Assembly (NCBI GenBank): GCA_000092065.1
Contig: CP000591.1
Direction: 5' to 3' (one strand)
DNA length: 64,000 bases
Source of the DNA: Ostreococcus lucimarinus
Lineage: Eukaryota
The notes under the pieces are model-generated. The model was not told the origin of the DNA. It made no database searches and saw only the letters and a list, made by a program, of their open reading frames with translations. The position numbers were made by a program, and so were the translations under genes. Shown here piece after piece: positions 1-11,001 of this stretch; position 1 is the stretch's first letter, and every line of letters begins with the position of its first letter.

Positions 1-36
1 AGACGGAGAGGTCGACGCGCGCGCGAACGACCGCCC

Positions 37-849
37 ATGGCGTCGACGTCGAAATCGCCGCGTGATGATCCCATATGGACGTCCCTGCGCGCCGGCGCGC
101 AGGCGTTGGTGGATAAAGAACCGTTGATGGGTGGGTTCGTGTACGCCACGATCCTGAACCAACCGACGTTCGAGCGCGCGTTGGGGTTCTTGTTGGCTTC
201 TAAAATTGCAAACGCCACGATACTCGCGGGGCAGTGGAACGATTTGATTATGGATGCCATGAACGCGACGAACGAGGGAAAAAATCGAGAATATAACGGA
301 CCTGGAACGGGTTCGATCGGGGACGCCGCGCGAGCGGACCTCAAGGCGATCGTCGAACGCGATCCAGCGTGCCCGTCGTACACGCACGCGTTTTGCTTCT
401 TCAAAGGGTTTCAGGGACTGCAGGCGCAACGCGTGGCACACTGGCTTTGGGGACATCAGCGAAAAGTTTTGGCGTGTAAGATGCAAAGCTTGATTTCAGA
501 GGTGTACGGGATGGATCTTCACCCGGCGGCGAGATTCGGGCGAGGGATCATGATCGACCACGGGCACGGAGTCGTCGTCGGCGAGACGGCGGTCGTGGAC
601 GACGATTGCACGCTCTTGCACGGGGTGACCTTGGGGGGGACAGGGAAAGTGCGAGGTGATAGACATCCAAAGCTCGGCAAGCGCGTCGTCGTCGGGTCGA
701 ACGCAAGCGTACTCGGGAATATTAAAGTTGGGCACGACTGCAAAATTGGCGCGGGCGCCGCCCTCATGCACGACTTACCACCGAGAACAACAGTCGTTGG
801 TCACAAAGGACGCGTGGTGACGAAGAAGCAGATAACATCGAAGCTTTAA
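37..849 (+). CDS. serine O-acetyltransferase (hexapeptide-repeat acyltransferase, CysE/SAT family)
   Basis: ORF-track protein has the N-terminal SAT domain motif (DPIW) and the C-terminal left-handed beta-helix hexapeptide repeats (IHPAARFGRGIMIDHGHGVVVGETAVVDDDCTLLHGVTLGG). It is followed by an AT-rich 3' region. Confidence 0.85.
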   Translation: MASTSKSPRDDPIWTSLRAGAQALVDKEPLMGGFVYATILNQPTFERALGFLLASKIANATILAGQWNDLIMDAMNATNEGKNREYNGPGTGSIGDAARADLKAIVERDPACPSYTHAFCFFKGFQGLQAQRVAHWLWGHQRKVLACKMQSLISEVYGMDLHPAARFGRGIMIDHGHGVVVGETAVVDDDCTLLHGVTLGGTGKVRGDRHPKLGKRVVVGSNASVLGNIKVGHDCKIGAGAALMHDLPPRTTVVGHKGRVVTKKQITSKL

Positions 850-942
850 TCGGCGCTAGTTATTCCTAAATCTATTAGTTCGTAGCCTAACATAACCTAT
901 TTTTCATGTAATTGTACATACCACTGACTGCTTTCATTTTGC

Positions 943-3858
943 TCATTTCAAATGATCCGCGTTTGGTTCGGCACTGACGTTCTCCCACGCAAGATTACCT
1001 CCCGGGCGCCGCACTGTCCCTTGTAGCCAAAATTCGGCCTTCTCGCTGATTTTCGATCTTGCGCTGAGCGTAGACGCTCCACTCGCTAAAGTTTTCCACG
1101 CGTTCACATCGCCAAGCTTGCCGCGCGCTGGTCCTCCAATGGCCCGCTTCAGGCGCACGCAGACGACGCCGGCCAGGGTTTTGGAATCAATGAACTCCGT
1201 CATTGGAACCATCTTCGACGAAACGTCCCAAAACGGTAGTTTTGGGATGGCTGGCAACCACTGTGGCACTTCGCTCCTCCAGATGACAGAGAACAGAGCG
1301 ATGAGACGGTCCACGAGCGATTCGCCCGCAAATGATTCGGCTACCAAATCTTCCTCAGACTCCTCGACGATCGTTTTACCGATAAATGAGTCGAGGACTT
1401 CGACAATGAGCTGCAAAAAATCATCTTTGAGTTCATTGGACATGAGCACGTAACCAATCAACGGGATGAGTGTTAGAATCTGCACCCAAATGAGGAGTAG
1501 TTTGTGCGAAACGTCTCGCGTCGACAGAGCCAATTCTTTGAGCTGTTGAATCGCACCCTTGACGATTCCTATCGCCGCGTCACGCTTGCGTTTGACGATA
1601 TTATGTAGTAAACATAGCCGAAATTCGACAAGGCTCTGAGCGATTTCCCATCGACGCGCAGCGTTTGAGTCATCCCAGTAAGCACCTTGAAGTACGCCGT
1701 CAACATTCGCATCATCGCAAACTCTGCCACCGACGTACGAAAGGACATCCGTTGTGACGTCGTCGCCTATTCCACCCACGAGTTCGGCAAGTAATCTGAC
1801 TCGAGAGGGCTTTAGCACTAGCGCACCGACAACAACTCGCGAAAAGACTGAGTGCGCATCTCGCGAACATTTGAATTCATCGTGCACACACTTCAATTCC
1901 TCCAGCTTGGAAAGCAAATCAGCGTAGGTGACCGCGTGAAACAATTCAAGCAGTCGCTTTTCCTCGTCTGTAGAGATTTCAAAATGCTTTGACACATCTG
2001 CCGTAGAGTGAGGCGGGGTGAGCGCCCTCGATATTGTGGCGTCTGACATTTCATTCGCCGATTCGAGGAGTTGTTTCAGAGTGCGCACCATCGAGTCGTC
2101 CAGTTTGGACTCTCGCTCGTCATTGTTTCGCACGATCTGGCTCATGTATTCGCGAAACGCCGCGAGCGATTTCTGCGACGCGCCTGAATCTTTGTGCTCG
2201 ACGATACCCTCCACCATAATGAAATTCAACAACTGAGAAAGGTCCACGACTTTGCCCCACAGCAACTCAATCAGCAGTTCTGAGATGCACTTGGTGTAAT
2301 CTTCACGCGCTACTATCATGGTTCTTTCTTTGATCCAGTCAAACACGTATATATTTAATCTAGAAGAAGTTTCCGCGAGTTCGACGAAAAAGATTCGTAC
2401 CGCTGTGCGACGCTTCATTGCCTCGTCTTCCGAAACATCCATGCACCAATCGCACGAAGTCTTCACCATAGACTTCATCGCAAGCTCTTCACTTTCCTCT
2501 CGATCAATGTACTTTCGCGCGATCGTACGCGACGCTACTTGGTCTAGATTACTTTCCAGCAACTTGTGTAACGTCTCAATAAGATTTCGGGCCTTTATGG
2601 TGATCAATTCTGGGCTCGCCGCTTGCGCGAGCGATTTCACGCGATTGTCGACGTCGTCGAGCACACTGCACAGTCGTTGTGACAACGGCATTTTCTTTCT
2701 CTGAAAGTCACGCCGCAAATTAGTGATGATGTTCAGGCCTCCGTCCCGCGGTGCGGCGACGAACGCATCCATATTCGCGGCGGCGACGGAGGCCACGACA
2801 TCACTTAAGCTTATCACGAGATACTTGTCCGACTGTCCCCTCTCTTTCAAAATCTCCTGTAAACACCACGAGACTCTGTCCACCAGACCAACTGAATCTG
2901 CGTGCGACTTTGAAGCCTGAGGCACGAGCGTGCGTAAAGCTGGGCTCAGCGCCCGAGCAAAATCATGAGCGCTTCCAGTTCTCTGCCGCTTTTGTTCATT
3001 CATAAATCGCAGAAACTCGTGCAAGTACTTTTGCTGATCCACCAAGTCTTCCTCGACTGAATAGTTCGCTAACGCTAGGACGTACTTTAATTCCGTCTCG
3101 ACACCTTCGCCACTTTGTGCCACCATTTCCTCGTCGCGCAATACATCGAAGATGTGCGCGAGTAAGTCCTCCGTCCACGCGCGTCGACACGCGTCAAAAT
3201 CTCGTTTACACTGCGATAGATAGTTCACCTTCACCATCCACATCGCGCGATGAATCGGAACGTTGTACCCATGCAAGGTTTCAAACAAATTTCGCTTCCG
3301 CACGCCGTGTGGCACGCGTCGCTCGAGCGCGTGCAATCCGACGTCGCTCGCCAAATCCCGAAAAAACGCCGCCGACTCCTCCGCGCGCGCGTGCACCAAC
3401 TCGGGCGCGCTCCACGTCTTCAACGCCTCCCCGCGTAACTCCACGTCGTAACTCCCATCATCTCTCCGTCCTCGTTTCGGCACTCTGCGCGTTTCCTTCG
3501 CCCCCTCGTTCGCATTCGCTCGTATCGCTTTCAGCGTCTCGCTCGTCGCCATTCGCGTCAACATCTCTTGCAGCGCTCGCGGCGACATAAACGTCCCGTC
3601 ATCGAACGTCGTCTTCCCATCGATCGTCTTCACCGTCCGCGCGATTCGCCACTCGCGATGCTTTTCTTCGTCGTACCCTCGTCTCACCAGCTCTCGCGTC
3701 AGTTTTTCGCTCGGAAATCGCGTCCCGTCTCGCGCCTCCGCGCGCGTCCTCGGCGGCGGTTCGACGTGCGCGCGCACGGGTCGACCGAGCGCGATCGCGG
3801 GTCGCGACGACGACGACGCGCGCGCGCGCGTCGTCGTCGTTTCGCGCGGTTTCGTCAT
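943..3858 (-). CDS. large conserved-looking hypothetical protein (about 971 aa, alpha-helical, no family recognised)
   Basis: The long minus-strand ORF is 943..4416 in the track. Its first 186 codons are Arg-rich translation of the antisense of (ACG)n and overlap the Toc64-like gene, so I place the start at the in-frame ATG at 3858. The remainder has normal complex amino-acid composition. Confidence 0.5.
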   Translation of the reverse strand: MTKPRETTTTRARASSSSRPAIALGRPVRAHVEPPPRTRAEARDGTRFPSEKLTRELVRRGYDEEKHREWRIARTVKTIDGKTTFDDGTFMSPRALQEMLTRMATSETLKAIRANANEGAKETRRVPKRGRRDDGSYDVELRGEALKTWSAPELVHARAEESAAFFRDLASDVGLHALERRVPHGVRKRNLFETLHGYNVPIHRAMWMVKVNYLSQCKRDFDACRRAWTEDLLAHIFDVLRDEEMVAQSGEGVETELKYVLALANYSVEEDLVDQQKYLHEFLRFMNEQKRQRTGSAHDFARALSPALRTLVPQASKSHADSVGLVDRVSWCLQEILKERGQSDKYLVISLSDVVASVAAANMDAFVAAPRDGGLNIITNLRRDFQRKKMPLSQRLCSVLDDVDNRVKSLAQAASPELITIKARNLIETLHKLLESNLDQVASRTIARKYIDREESEELAMKSMVKTSCDWCMDVSEDEAMKRRTAVRIFFVELAETSSRLNIYVFDWIKERTMIVAREDYTKCISELLIELLWGKVVDLSQLLNFIMVEGIVEHKDSGASQKSLAAFREYMSQIVRNNDERESKLDDSMVRTLKQLLESANEMSDATISRALTPPHSTADVSKHFEISTDEEKRLLELFHAVTYADLLSKLEELKCVHDEFKCSRDAHSVFSRVVVGALVLKPSRVRLLAELVGGIGDDVTTDVLSYVGGRVCDDANVDGVLQGAYWDDSNAARRWEIAQSLVEFRLCLLHNIVKRKRDAAIGIVKGAIQQLKELALSTRDVSHKLLLIWVQILTLIPLIGYVLMSNELKDDFLQLIVEVLDSFIGKTIVEESEEDLVAESFAGESLVDRLIALFSVIWRSEVPQWLPAIPKLPFWDVSSKMVPMTEFIDSKTLAGVVCVRLKRAIGGPARGKLGDVNAWKTLASGASTLSARSKISEKAEFWLQGTVRRPGGNLAWENVSAEPNADHLK

Positions 3859-4077
3859 GTCCTCACGCGCGCATCGAGGGTCGTCGACAAAGTGACGACC
3901 GGGACGCATCGCGACATCCCGATGGATCCATCGGGACGCCACGTCCAGCGGGACATCGCGACGACCATGGGGCGCGTCGCGCGAGGCGCGCGAGGCGCGG
4001 TGGCGGCGATCGTCGCCCTGGCGATCGAACTCGCGCGAAGGCGAAGGTCGAAACGGGCGACGACGACGACGACGACG

Positions 4078-4147
4078 ATGGAAAAGACGACCGAGGCGGA
4101 CGAGCTCGGGGCGTTCGTCGAGGCTGCGGAAGATTTGAGCGAAAGGC

Positions 4148-4186
<39 letters not shown>

Positions 4187-5841
4187 ATCGACCGTTGAAG
4201 AACGTGAAGTTTGTGGTGAAAGATATATTTGATATCGAGGGACGACGATGCGGGTTCGGGTCGCCGGCGTTTAAGCGGACGGGAGGGAAAGGCGGGACGG
4301 CGGGCGCGAAGCGACACGCGCGGTGCGTGCGAACGCTCCTGGAGGCGGGAGCGAGCGCGGTGGGGATGACGACCATGGATGAGCTGGCGTACGCGATTAA
4401 TGGGGAGAACGCACACTATGGAACGCCTATAAACCCGCGAGCGCGAGCGTTAGTGCCGGGAGGGTCGTCCTCGGGATCGGCGGTGGCGTGCGCGGCGGCG
4501 CTTCGAGGATGCGAATTCGCGCTCGGGACGGATACCGGGGGATCGGTGCGAGTGCCGGCGTCGTATTGTGGGGTTTACGGGATACGCACGAGTCATGGAT
4601 CAGTATCTATGCGTGGTGTGCAAGCTTTGGCTCCGAGTTTTGACACCGTGGGGTGGTTTGCGCGATCAATAGATGTCTTGCAGCGCGTGGGAGACGTGTT
4701 GTTGCCAGAGCCCGACAAGCACGCGCCGACGGAACCGAGCCGCTGGCTTTTGCTGGAAGACGCTGTGAGTGCGAAACGCTCTACACCACACTCGCAGTGT
4801 GCTGCGGTTGCCGCGGTGACGGCGCTCCACGAGATTGCGCCGGCGGATTTCAAGCGAATGAATCTCACAGAGCACTTGCTCGTCGGTTGCCCAAAGTTCC
4901 GGTCGCTCGTAAACGGTCGCGAAGACTACGGCTTGGACTGCCTCAGAGAGATGGTTCGCGTGCTCATGGGGGCGGAAATCTGGGAAAATCTGGGAAAATG
5001 GTACACTGAGGAAAAGCCAAAGCTCGGTGCCGCGGTCAAGGCGAGGATGGAAGCCGCGTCAAAGCTCGACGCGGACGAAGTCGAACGCCTCAAGGAAGTG
5101 CGAGAGGAAGTGCGAGAAGAAGTGGATCGCATATTAGACGGTGGCGCCATATTCATACTTCCCACGACGCCTGGCAAGGCCCCTAAACGTGGTCAAAGCG
5201 ATCAGGCGACCGAATCTTGGCGAAGAAAGTGTTTTGAGCTGCTGTGCATCGCGAGCCTGTGCGGTTTGCCGCAGGTGTCGATACCTCTCGAGGCTCCAAA
5301 CATCGAAGGTCCGCAAGGGCTGTCACTAATCGCTGGATACCAAATGGACAAAATGTTGATCGGAGCCGCTCGTCAAATCGTTCCTGCGCTCGTCGAGGCG
5401 TATCCAGATATCCTAGAAGCTGAGTTAGAGCGCCTGAATCCACCCGAGGCTCCTGGCGAATCCGAAAAGACCAAAGGAAATGAAGCCCTGAAGCAGGGCA
5501 AGTATCAAGACGCGATCGAATATTACTCGGTGGCGATTGGAAAGAATCCTAAGAGCAAGATTTTCGTAGCAAACAGAGCCATGGCGCACCTAAAGCTTGG
5601 GAACTACCAGCTCGCCGAAGATGACTGCACTGAAGCCATCAAGCTTGATGCGCGGTACGTGAAGGCGTACCTTCGCCGGGCGGCGGCGAGGTCGGTGGCG
5701 GGGAACTATCTCGAAGCATTGATGGATTACGAAGAAGCGTTACGCTTCGAGCCTAACAACTCGGACGCGAAGAGAGAAGTGTATAGAATGAAAAAAATCA
5801 TAGGAATGGCCGATCCAGGCATGGACGTTGGCGATATGTAG
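4078..5841 (+). CDS. TOC64: Toc64/OM64-like outer-membrane receptor: amidase domain plus C-terminal TPR repeats
   Basis: An amidase-signature region (GGSSSGSAVACAA, GTDTGGSVRVPASYCGVYG) is followed by three TPR motifs whose C-terminus (CTEAIKLDARYVKAYLRRAAA...LRFEPNN) aligns closely with plant Toc64. The track ORF starts at 3568, but its 5' part is low-complexity. The likely start is the ATG at 4078, just before a poly-Thr tract encoded by (ACG)n. Confidence 0.8.
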
Positions 5842-5875
5842 AGCTCGATACAGTCAGTTGCAATTAATAAGTGAA

Positions 5876-8105
5876 CTAATTCGTCGAACGTCTTGAGAAC
5901 GTTTTACTCGCTAATTCTGACAACCACGACTTCTTGATCGACGAAACGTCGCGCGCGTACATTTTATTCGTCCTAACTAACTCGTTGAAAAGAATCTGCG
6001 CCGCAAGAAAAATTGTCAGCGTGAAATAATTAATTGTAAGGAAATAATTACTCACCGTCTCTGGAGGCGATTGAAACATCACCGAGCTCGGGTGAATCGT
6101 TAGCTTCTGGCCCGTTGTAAAGACTTTGAACGATCCATCCATTTCCTTCGAAGCCGTATTCATGAAAAAGCCCGATACCAGCGATCGTAGCACGAGCGTG
6201 AAGTCGTCTTCACATGAAGTCAAATTAATTCCCTGCGACATTGCTGCTCGTGTCAATTGCTCGTTGATCTTGACCGCTTTTGTCATCGCTCGATGGTTAA
6301 TCTGGTGCTCTCTGCACCAATCGCGACTTCGCTTCGGACTGCAGGCCGAAAATTCGTTGAACACGCGCAGCAACGTCAAATGATCGCCCTCCTGAAATAA
6401 TTGTGTAAGAAAATATTAAATTATTTTTTCTTGGTCGACTCACCTTTCGCTTCAATTTGTGTCTTGCGACATTCTTTTGCCCGTCTGCCTCCCTGGAAAA
6501 CTGAAACACGCTATCTGTTGACAGCATGGACAAAACAGCGAGTGTTTCGATAGCGCACCCTTCGATTTCAGCGGCAATTACGCATCGTGCAGCCATGGGC
6601 TCGAGGGGAAACCTCGCCATTTTTTTTCCGACGTCGTTAAGCTTTCCATCGTCGTCTAAAGCGTCCAGCGAGTACAATAATTCAAGTGATCGTAATAACG
6701 CCTCTTTAGGCGGCGGATCGATGAAAGGAAACGACAAAATGTCGTCAACTTGCATTGCCTGCGAAATAAATAAATAATTCAGTTAATTTTTAATTGTCTC
6801 AGGAAAGCGCTCGATTCGGGCGCGACAGATCCTTACCTTTAGCTGAAGAACTACTCCACTTAAATTTGTACGCAGCAGTTCCGGTTTAACGTATTTTTCC
6901 AGGCTCGGCATGATTTCTTCGGTGTAGAGTCGAAAGCACTTACCAGGCGCTTCGCGCCCGGCTCTACCGGCGCGCTGTTGCGCCTGACTCTGCGCAATCG
7001 GGGTGACCAGGAGCTCGTCCACGCCGCTTCTTGGATGATGCGTTCGTAGTTTACTCAGTCCTGAATCCACAACGTACCGAATCCCATTGATCGTCAACGA
7101 TGTTTCGGCGATATTCGTCGCCAAGACGACTTTGCGCGTTCCCAGAGGCGTCGGCTCGAAGACCTTCATCTGCTCCTCCGGGGGCAGCGCAGCGAACAAG
7201 AGTACCACGTTGAGTTTCAGCACGTTTGAGGGAAGTTCAGACGCTTTCTCTCGCAACATCCTTCCCAACGACTCGATCTCCTCTTGACCAGTTAAGAATA
7301 CTAAGACATCTCCCGCCGCCTCTTCCTCGTTCACTTGAAGCACCGTCCACATCGCGGCGTCCAAGTAGTCCTCCTCCGGCTCCTCTGTGTAGAACATTTC
7401 GACGGGAAACGTGCGGCCACGGGAGTAGATTACGGGCGCACCATCGAAGAATTTACTAAAACTCGACGCTTCAAGCGTAGCAGACATGACGATGACGCGT
7501 AACGGTGGCAACGCGCGTCCGTACTGGTCCTCGCCGAGCGATTCGCGTCGACGACGTTGCACGCCTTTGATCGTGCCCAACAGGAAATCGGTCTGCAACG
7601 TGCGTTCGTGCGCTTCATCAATCATGATAACACCGTACTTTGACAGTAAAGGATCTCCGACCGCCTCTCGCAGGAGCATACCGTCGGTGAGAAACTTTAT
7701 GCGCGTCTCTTCGCTCGAGACATCTTCGAATCGAATGGCGTACCCCACGAGCGTGCCGTGCGCCGTACCGGTTTCATCGGCCACGCGACGCGACACGGAC
7801 ACTGCCGCCACCCGTCTCGGCTGTGTGACGCCTATCATCAACCCATTCGTCAGCGTCATGTCTTCGTACACGTATTGCGGAATTTGCGTCGTCTTCCCGC
7901 TTCCGGTTTCGCCGATGATGATGACGGTTTCGCTCTTCCTAATCTCCTCCATCAATCGATCCTTCGCGCGATATATCGGCAGTGACTTTCGCACTCGGTC
8001 GATTTCTTCTCTCTTCGCTCCCGTGGGTGCCCCGTTCGCCTTCCGCGCGTCGGACGTCGACGCGTCTCCGCCCCCGCGTTCGCGTCCCTCGCGAAGCGTC
8101 TCCAT
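5876..8105 (-). CDS. DEAH-box ATP-dependent RNA helicase (DHX33/DHX35-like), four exons
   Basis: Exon 1 is 6837..8105 (GETGSGKT, DEAH, SAT, QRAGRAGR motifs). Exon 2 is 6444..6758 (HA2 domain, ...LQLK|AMQVDDILSFPFIDPPP). Exon 3 is 6046..6391 (EGDHLTLLRVFNEF..., OB-fold). Exon 4 is 5876..5997 (ILFNELVRTNKMYARDV...). Introns are 6759..6836 (78 nt), 6392..6443 (52 nt) and 5998..6045 (48 nt). All are GT..AG and phase 0, and the joined protein matches the DEAH helicase C-terminal architecture without gaps. Confidence 0.8.
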
Positions 8106-8109
8106 GGCG

Positions 8110-8322
8110 TCACCCGCGCGTCTCGTCCAGCGCCTCGATCGCCGCCTTGACGTTCGCCGTCGCGCGTTTCTTATCGCTCAGAAAATACAAATCCCCACGT
8201 TTTTCGTACACCTGCTTTGTCGCGCGAGCCCGGTCGTCGTCGTCGTCGTCGTCGTCAGTCTCGCTCGTCGTCGTTCTCGGCGGTTGGTCCGTCGTCTCTT
8301 CACCGTCGCCGTCGGGTCGCAC
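8110..8322 (-). other. 70-codon acidic upstream ORF (uORF or small separate gene) ending 4 nt before the helicase start codon
   Basis: The track ORF MRPDGDGEETTDQPPRTTTSETDDDDDDDDRARATKQVYEKRGDLYFLSDKKRATANVKAAIEALDETRG has a non-repetitive C-terminal half. Its stop TGA lies immediately upstream of the helicase ATG (GGGTGACGCCATGG), in a different frame. Confidence 0.25.
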
Positions 8323-8473
8323 GCACCGCGCGCGCGGACGCTCGCGTCGACTTCGGCAGGCTTTGTAATTCGCTCAGCGCCACCTCGAGGGCGTCTCTCG
8401 ATTCCGTCGTCGTCGTCGTCGCTCGCGCGCGTTCGCTCGCCATGCGCTCGAGCCGCCGACGGGCGGACGCCTT

Positions 8474-9265
8474 GTGCGGCGACGGGCGACGGGCGAAGGG
8501 CGCGATCGATCGGTCTCGCGTCGCAACGCGGCGCGACGCGAAGGGATGTGGACGATTCGTCGCCGACTGAGAACGACGCGCATCGCGTCGCTGACGCGCG
8601 ACGCGCTCGCGCGCGCGCTCGCGACCGCGCCCGCGGGCGACGACGCGCGCGGCGTCGTCCTGCGATGCGCGCTGAGGGTTGACGGTGGGACGGCGTCGTC
8701 GACGCGCGCGAGGCGCGAGGGACGCGTGCCGGGCGTCGTGTTCGCGCCGGGAAGCGAACGAGGGACGATGATCACGGTGTGCGAGCGAGAGATGAACGCG
8801 GCGGTGCGCAAACACACGCTGGCGGGGGTGGCGTGCGAGGTGTTCGACCTGGAGGTGCAGACGACGACGGCGACGGGCGAGGAGAGCGGGGAGACGAGAC
8901 GAGTGCGAGCGTTGGCGAAGCAAGTGCAGATGCACGCGTATAATCAAATGGTAGATAACGTGTGTTTCTTAGAGGTGAAACCGGAGACGGAGGTCAAGGT
9001 GCGCGTGCCCGTGGCGACGCAAGGCGAAGACGTCAGTCCGGGGGTGAAGCGAGGCGGGTTCGTGCAGATTATGCGACAGACGGTTCCCGTGAGATGCAGG
9101 AGCGATTCCATCCCGAAACGATTTTTGATGGACGTCTCCACGCTCGATGCGGGCAAGGTCATCAAGATTGGCGATGTGACCGTGCCAGAGGGGGTGAAAC
9201 TTTTAGACGCCGACTTGAATCTTCCTTTGGTTCGAATCGGCGGCAGAGTCAAGAGCGCGGAGTAG
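8474..9265 (+). CDS. organellar ribosomal protein bL25 / general stress protein Ctc family
   Basis: The N-terminal L25 domain (RARREGRVPGVVFAPG, HAYNQMVDNVCFLEV) and the C-terminal TL5/Ctc domain (IKIGDVTVPEGVKLLDADLNLPLV) are both recognisable. The N-terminus is Arg/Ser/Ala-rich and transit-peptide-like, and the true start may be the internal Met near 8546. Confidence 0.65.
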   Translation: MRRRATGEGRDRSVSRRNAARREGMWTIRRRLRTTRIASLTRDALARALATAPAGDDARGVVLRCALRVDGGTASSTRARREGRVPGVVFAPGSERGTMITVCEREMNAAVRKHTLAGVACEVFDLEVQTTTATGEESGETRRVRALAKQVQMHAYNQMVDNVCFLEVKPETEVKVRVPVATQGEDVSPGVKRGGFVQIMRQTVPVRCRSDSIPKRFLMDVSTLDAGKVIKIGDVTVPEGVKLLDADLNLPLVRIGGRVKSAE

Positions 9266-9348
9266 ATGAAGACGAGCAGAATTAGCGATAGCGTAGCAAA
9301 TTTCAATACATGTATCGTGTTGGTACAAATGTTCGTCGAAAAAGTCAA

Positions 9349-11001
9349 TCAATCAGTTTTGTCTATGTTTCTAGCGCCGAGCAAACCTTTAGCCATTTCC
9401 GAAACCAACGTATCCGTGAACTTGCGCAACACGGCAGTGGTGTCGATGAGTCGAGCTTTGTATAGGGCAAAGTCGTTTTCCAGACTCTCTTGCTTTTCGG
9501 GTGCGTACTGGTATTTCCCATCTTGAAGTTCATCAGTTAGCGTCGACGGCGGCGACACGTTTTGTTTCTGTTCATCATCTTCCGGCTCTGGCGGAAGGAA
9601 TGGTTTGATGTCTGATTCAATCATGCGAGACAGGAGCTCGAGACAACGCTCCATGTCACCTTGAATGTACTCAAAGAACTCTTTCTTGCTCTGATCGTCG
9701 GCAAATTCGTAATACGCGTACGCGTAAGTCCATTTCAAAATTTTCCTGCACTCGGTCACTTGCCTGAGCGCATCCATGATGAAAACAACTTGTTGCTTGG
9801 ACGTACGCTGTAAATCGATCAATATGTCAAGCACGCTGTCTTTGAATCTCTCGACGTCTTGTTCGGCTTTTTTACTCGCATCCTCGTGCGCTCTATAGCG
9901 TTCATAGTAGAACACGTAGCGCTCGAGAGAATCTCTGGCTCGTTTCCGCCTGTTTTCGTCGCCGGTTTTGTCTCCACTGTATTTGTTGCAGCGTCTGGCG
10001 CAGGCGTACGGCCCGGAATCCCAAGGTCCGAGACAAAGCCAGCAAAACGAGCAATGGCACTGTGAGCAGTGCATGTGCATACATCCTCCATTCTTCAAGA
10101 TCGGTCGATGACACTTCGGACATCCCTTCGTGTTAGCTAGCATCCACTCCGAGTTCACACCGTCGGAGTTGATTTTGTCCATCCACTTCTTCGCGACTTC
10201 ACAATCATTCACAGGCACGTGGGGCTCACTCTGGCACGAAAAGCAGAATTCGGCACCACAGTTGCATTTCACACTCACGGGATTGGTCGGCAGTTGCTCG
10301 ACGGCGATGGCACATTCGCAATCGACGCCAATGCAAGGGCGCAACTTGGCGTTGTTTTCCAAAAACGACCGCCGCAAGAATGTATCAAACTTCGTTTCAT
10401 CTTCATCACTAAGAAACTTTCGAATCATGGACTCGGGGACTTTGGCAGGACACATAGGACACCGCGTGTTGACCACGGAAAGCCCATCATTCACCTTGCT
10501 CGTCACCCATCCCGACCAACACTCGTCGCAAAATTCATGCGCGCACCCGACCGTCGTCAAAGCATCCCCTGGAAAGTCCTCGAAGCAAATCCCGCACCCT
10601 CGCGTTCCACCCGACGACATCGCTGCTTCGCTATTTTCGCGTCTCGTCTTTGCATCGATCAACCCCGACGTCTCGCGCACCTTTCTCGTGTCCTCGAACC
10701 ACGCCGTCGCGGCGGCTTCGAAATCGTACGAGAAGTGACTCAACAAGGCCTCCGCCTCCTCTGTGCGCACGTCCAGGAGCGCTTTTGCCCGCTCGATCAT
10801 CGTCGATCGCACGTCTAATTGCTTCGTCGCCTCGATGCACACAATCGTGGTCTCATTCGCCGGCTCTACGGGTTGCGACAGCGCGGCGAACGCGTCGTCC
10901 GATGCGCCCAAGATGGGCGTGCCGTCGTCGGAATCGTCGCACCACGCGCAATCGTCGTCGGAATCGCCCGCACCGAAACTATCGTCGGCGTGAAGGGTCA
11001 T
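9349..11001 (-). CDS. RBR-type E3 ubiquitin ligase, ARIADNE (ARI) family (RING1-IBR-RING2 plus Ariadne domain)
   Basis: The cysteine/histidine spacing is typical of RING1 (CGICFEDF...CAHEFCDECW), IBR (CPMCPAKV...CNCGAEFCFSCQ) and RING2 (KGCPKCHRPILKNGGCMHMHCSQCHCSFCWLC). An acidic N-terminus and an Ariadne helical C-terminal domain are also present. Confidence 0.85.
   Translation of the reverse strand: MTLHADDSFGAGDSDDDCAWCDDSDDGTPILGASDDAFAALSQPVEPANETTIVCIEATKQLDVRSTMIERAKALLDVRTEEAEALLSHFSYDFEAAATAWFEDTRKVRETSGLIDAKTRRENSEAAMSSGGTRGCGICFEDFPGDALTTVGCAHEFCDECWSGWVTSKVNDGLSVVNTRCPMCPAKVPESMIRKFLSDEDETKFDTFLRRSFLENNAKLRPCIGVDCECAIAVEQLPTNPVSVKCNCGAEFCFSCQSEPHVPVNDCEVAKKWMDKINSDGVNSEWMLANTKGCPKCHRPILKNGGCMHMHCSQCHCSFCWLCLGPWDSGPYACARRCNKYSGDKTGDENRRKRARDSLERYVFYYERYRAHEDASKKAEQDVERFKDSVLDILIDLQRTSKQQVVFIMDALRQVTECRKILKWTYAYAYYEFADDQSKKEFFEYIQGDMERCLELLSRMIESDIKPFLPPEPEDDEQKQNVSPPSTLTDELQDGKYQYAPEKQESLENDFALYKARLIDTTAVLRKFTDTLVSEMAKGLLGARNIDKTD

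Noticed and set aside
3568-4077. 5' extension of the Toc64-like ORF
   Set aside because: It is low-complexity (Arg/Ala/Thr) with no homology. The amidase homology begins after the Met at 4078.
3859-4416. 5' 186 codons of the 1157-aa minus-strand ORF
   Set aside because: This stretch is Arg-rich translation of the antisense of (ACG)n and overlaps the Toc64-like coding region on the other strand. The in-frame Met at 3858 gives a sensible start.
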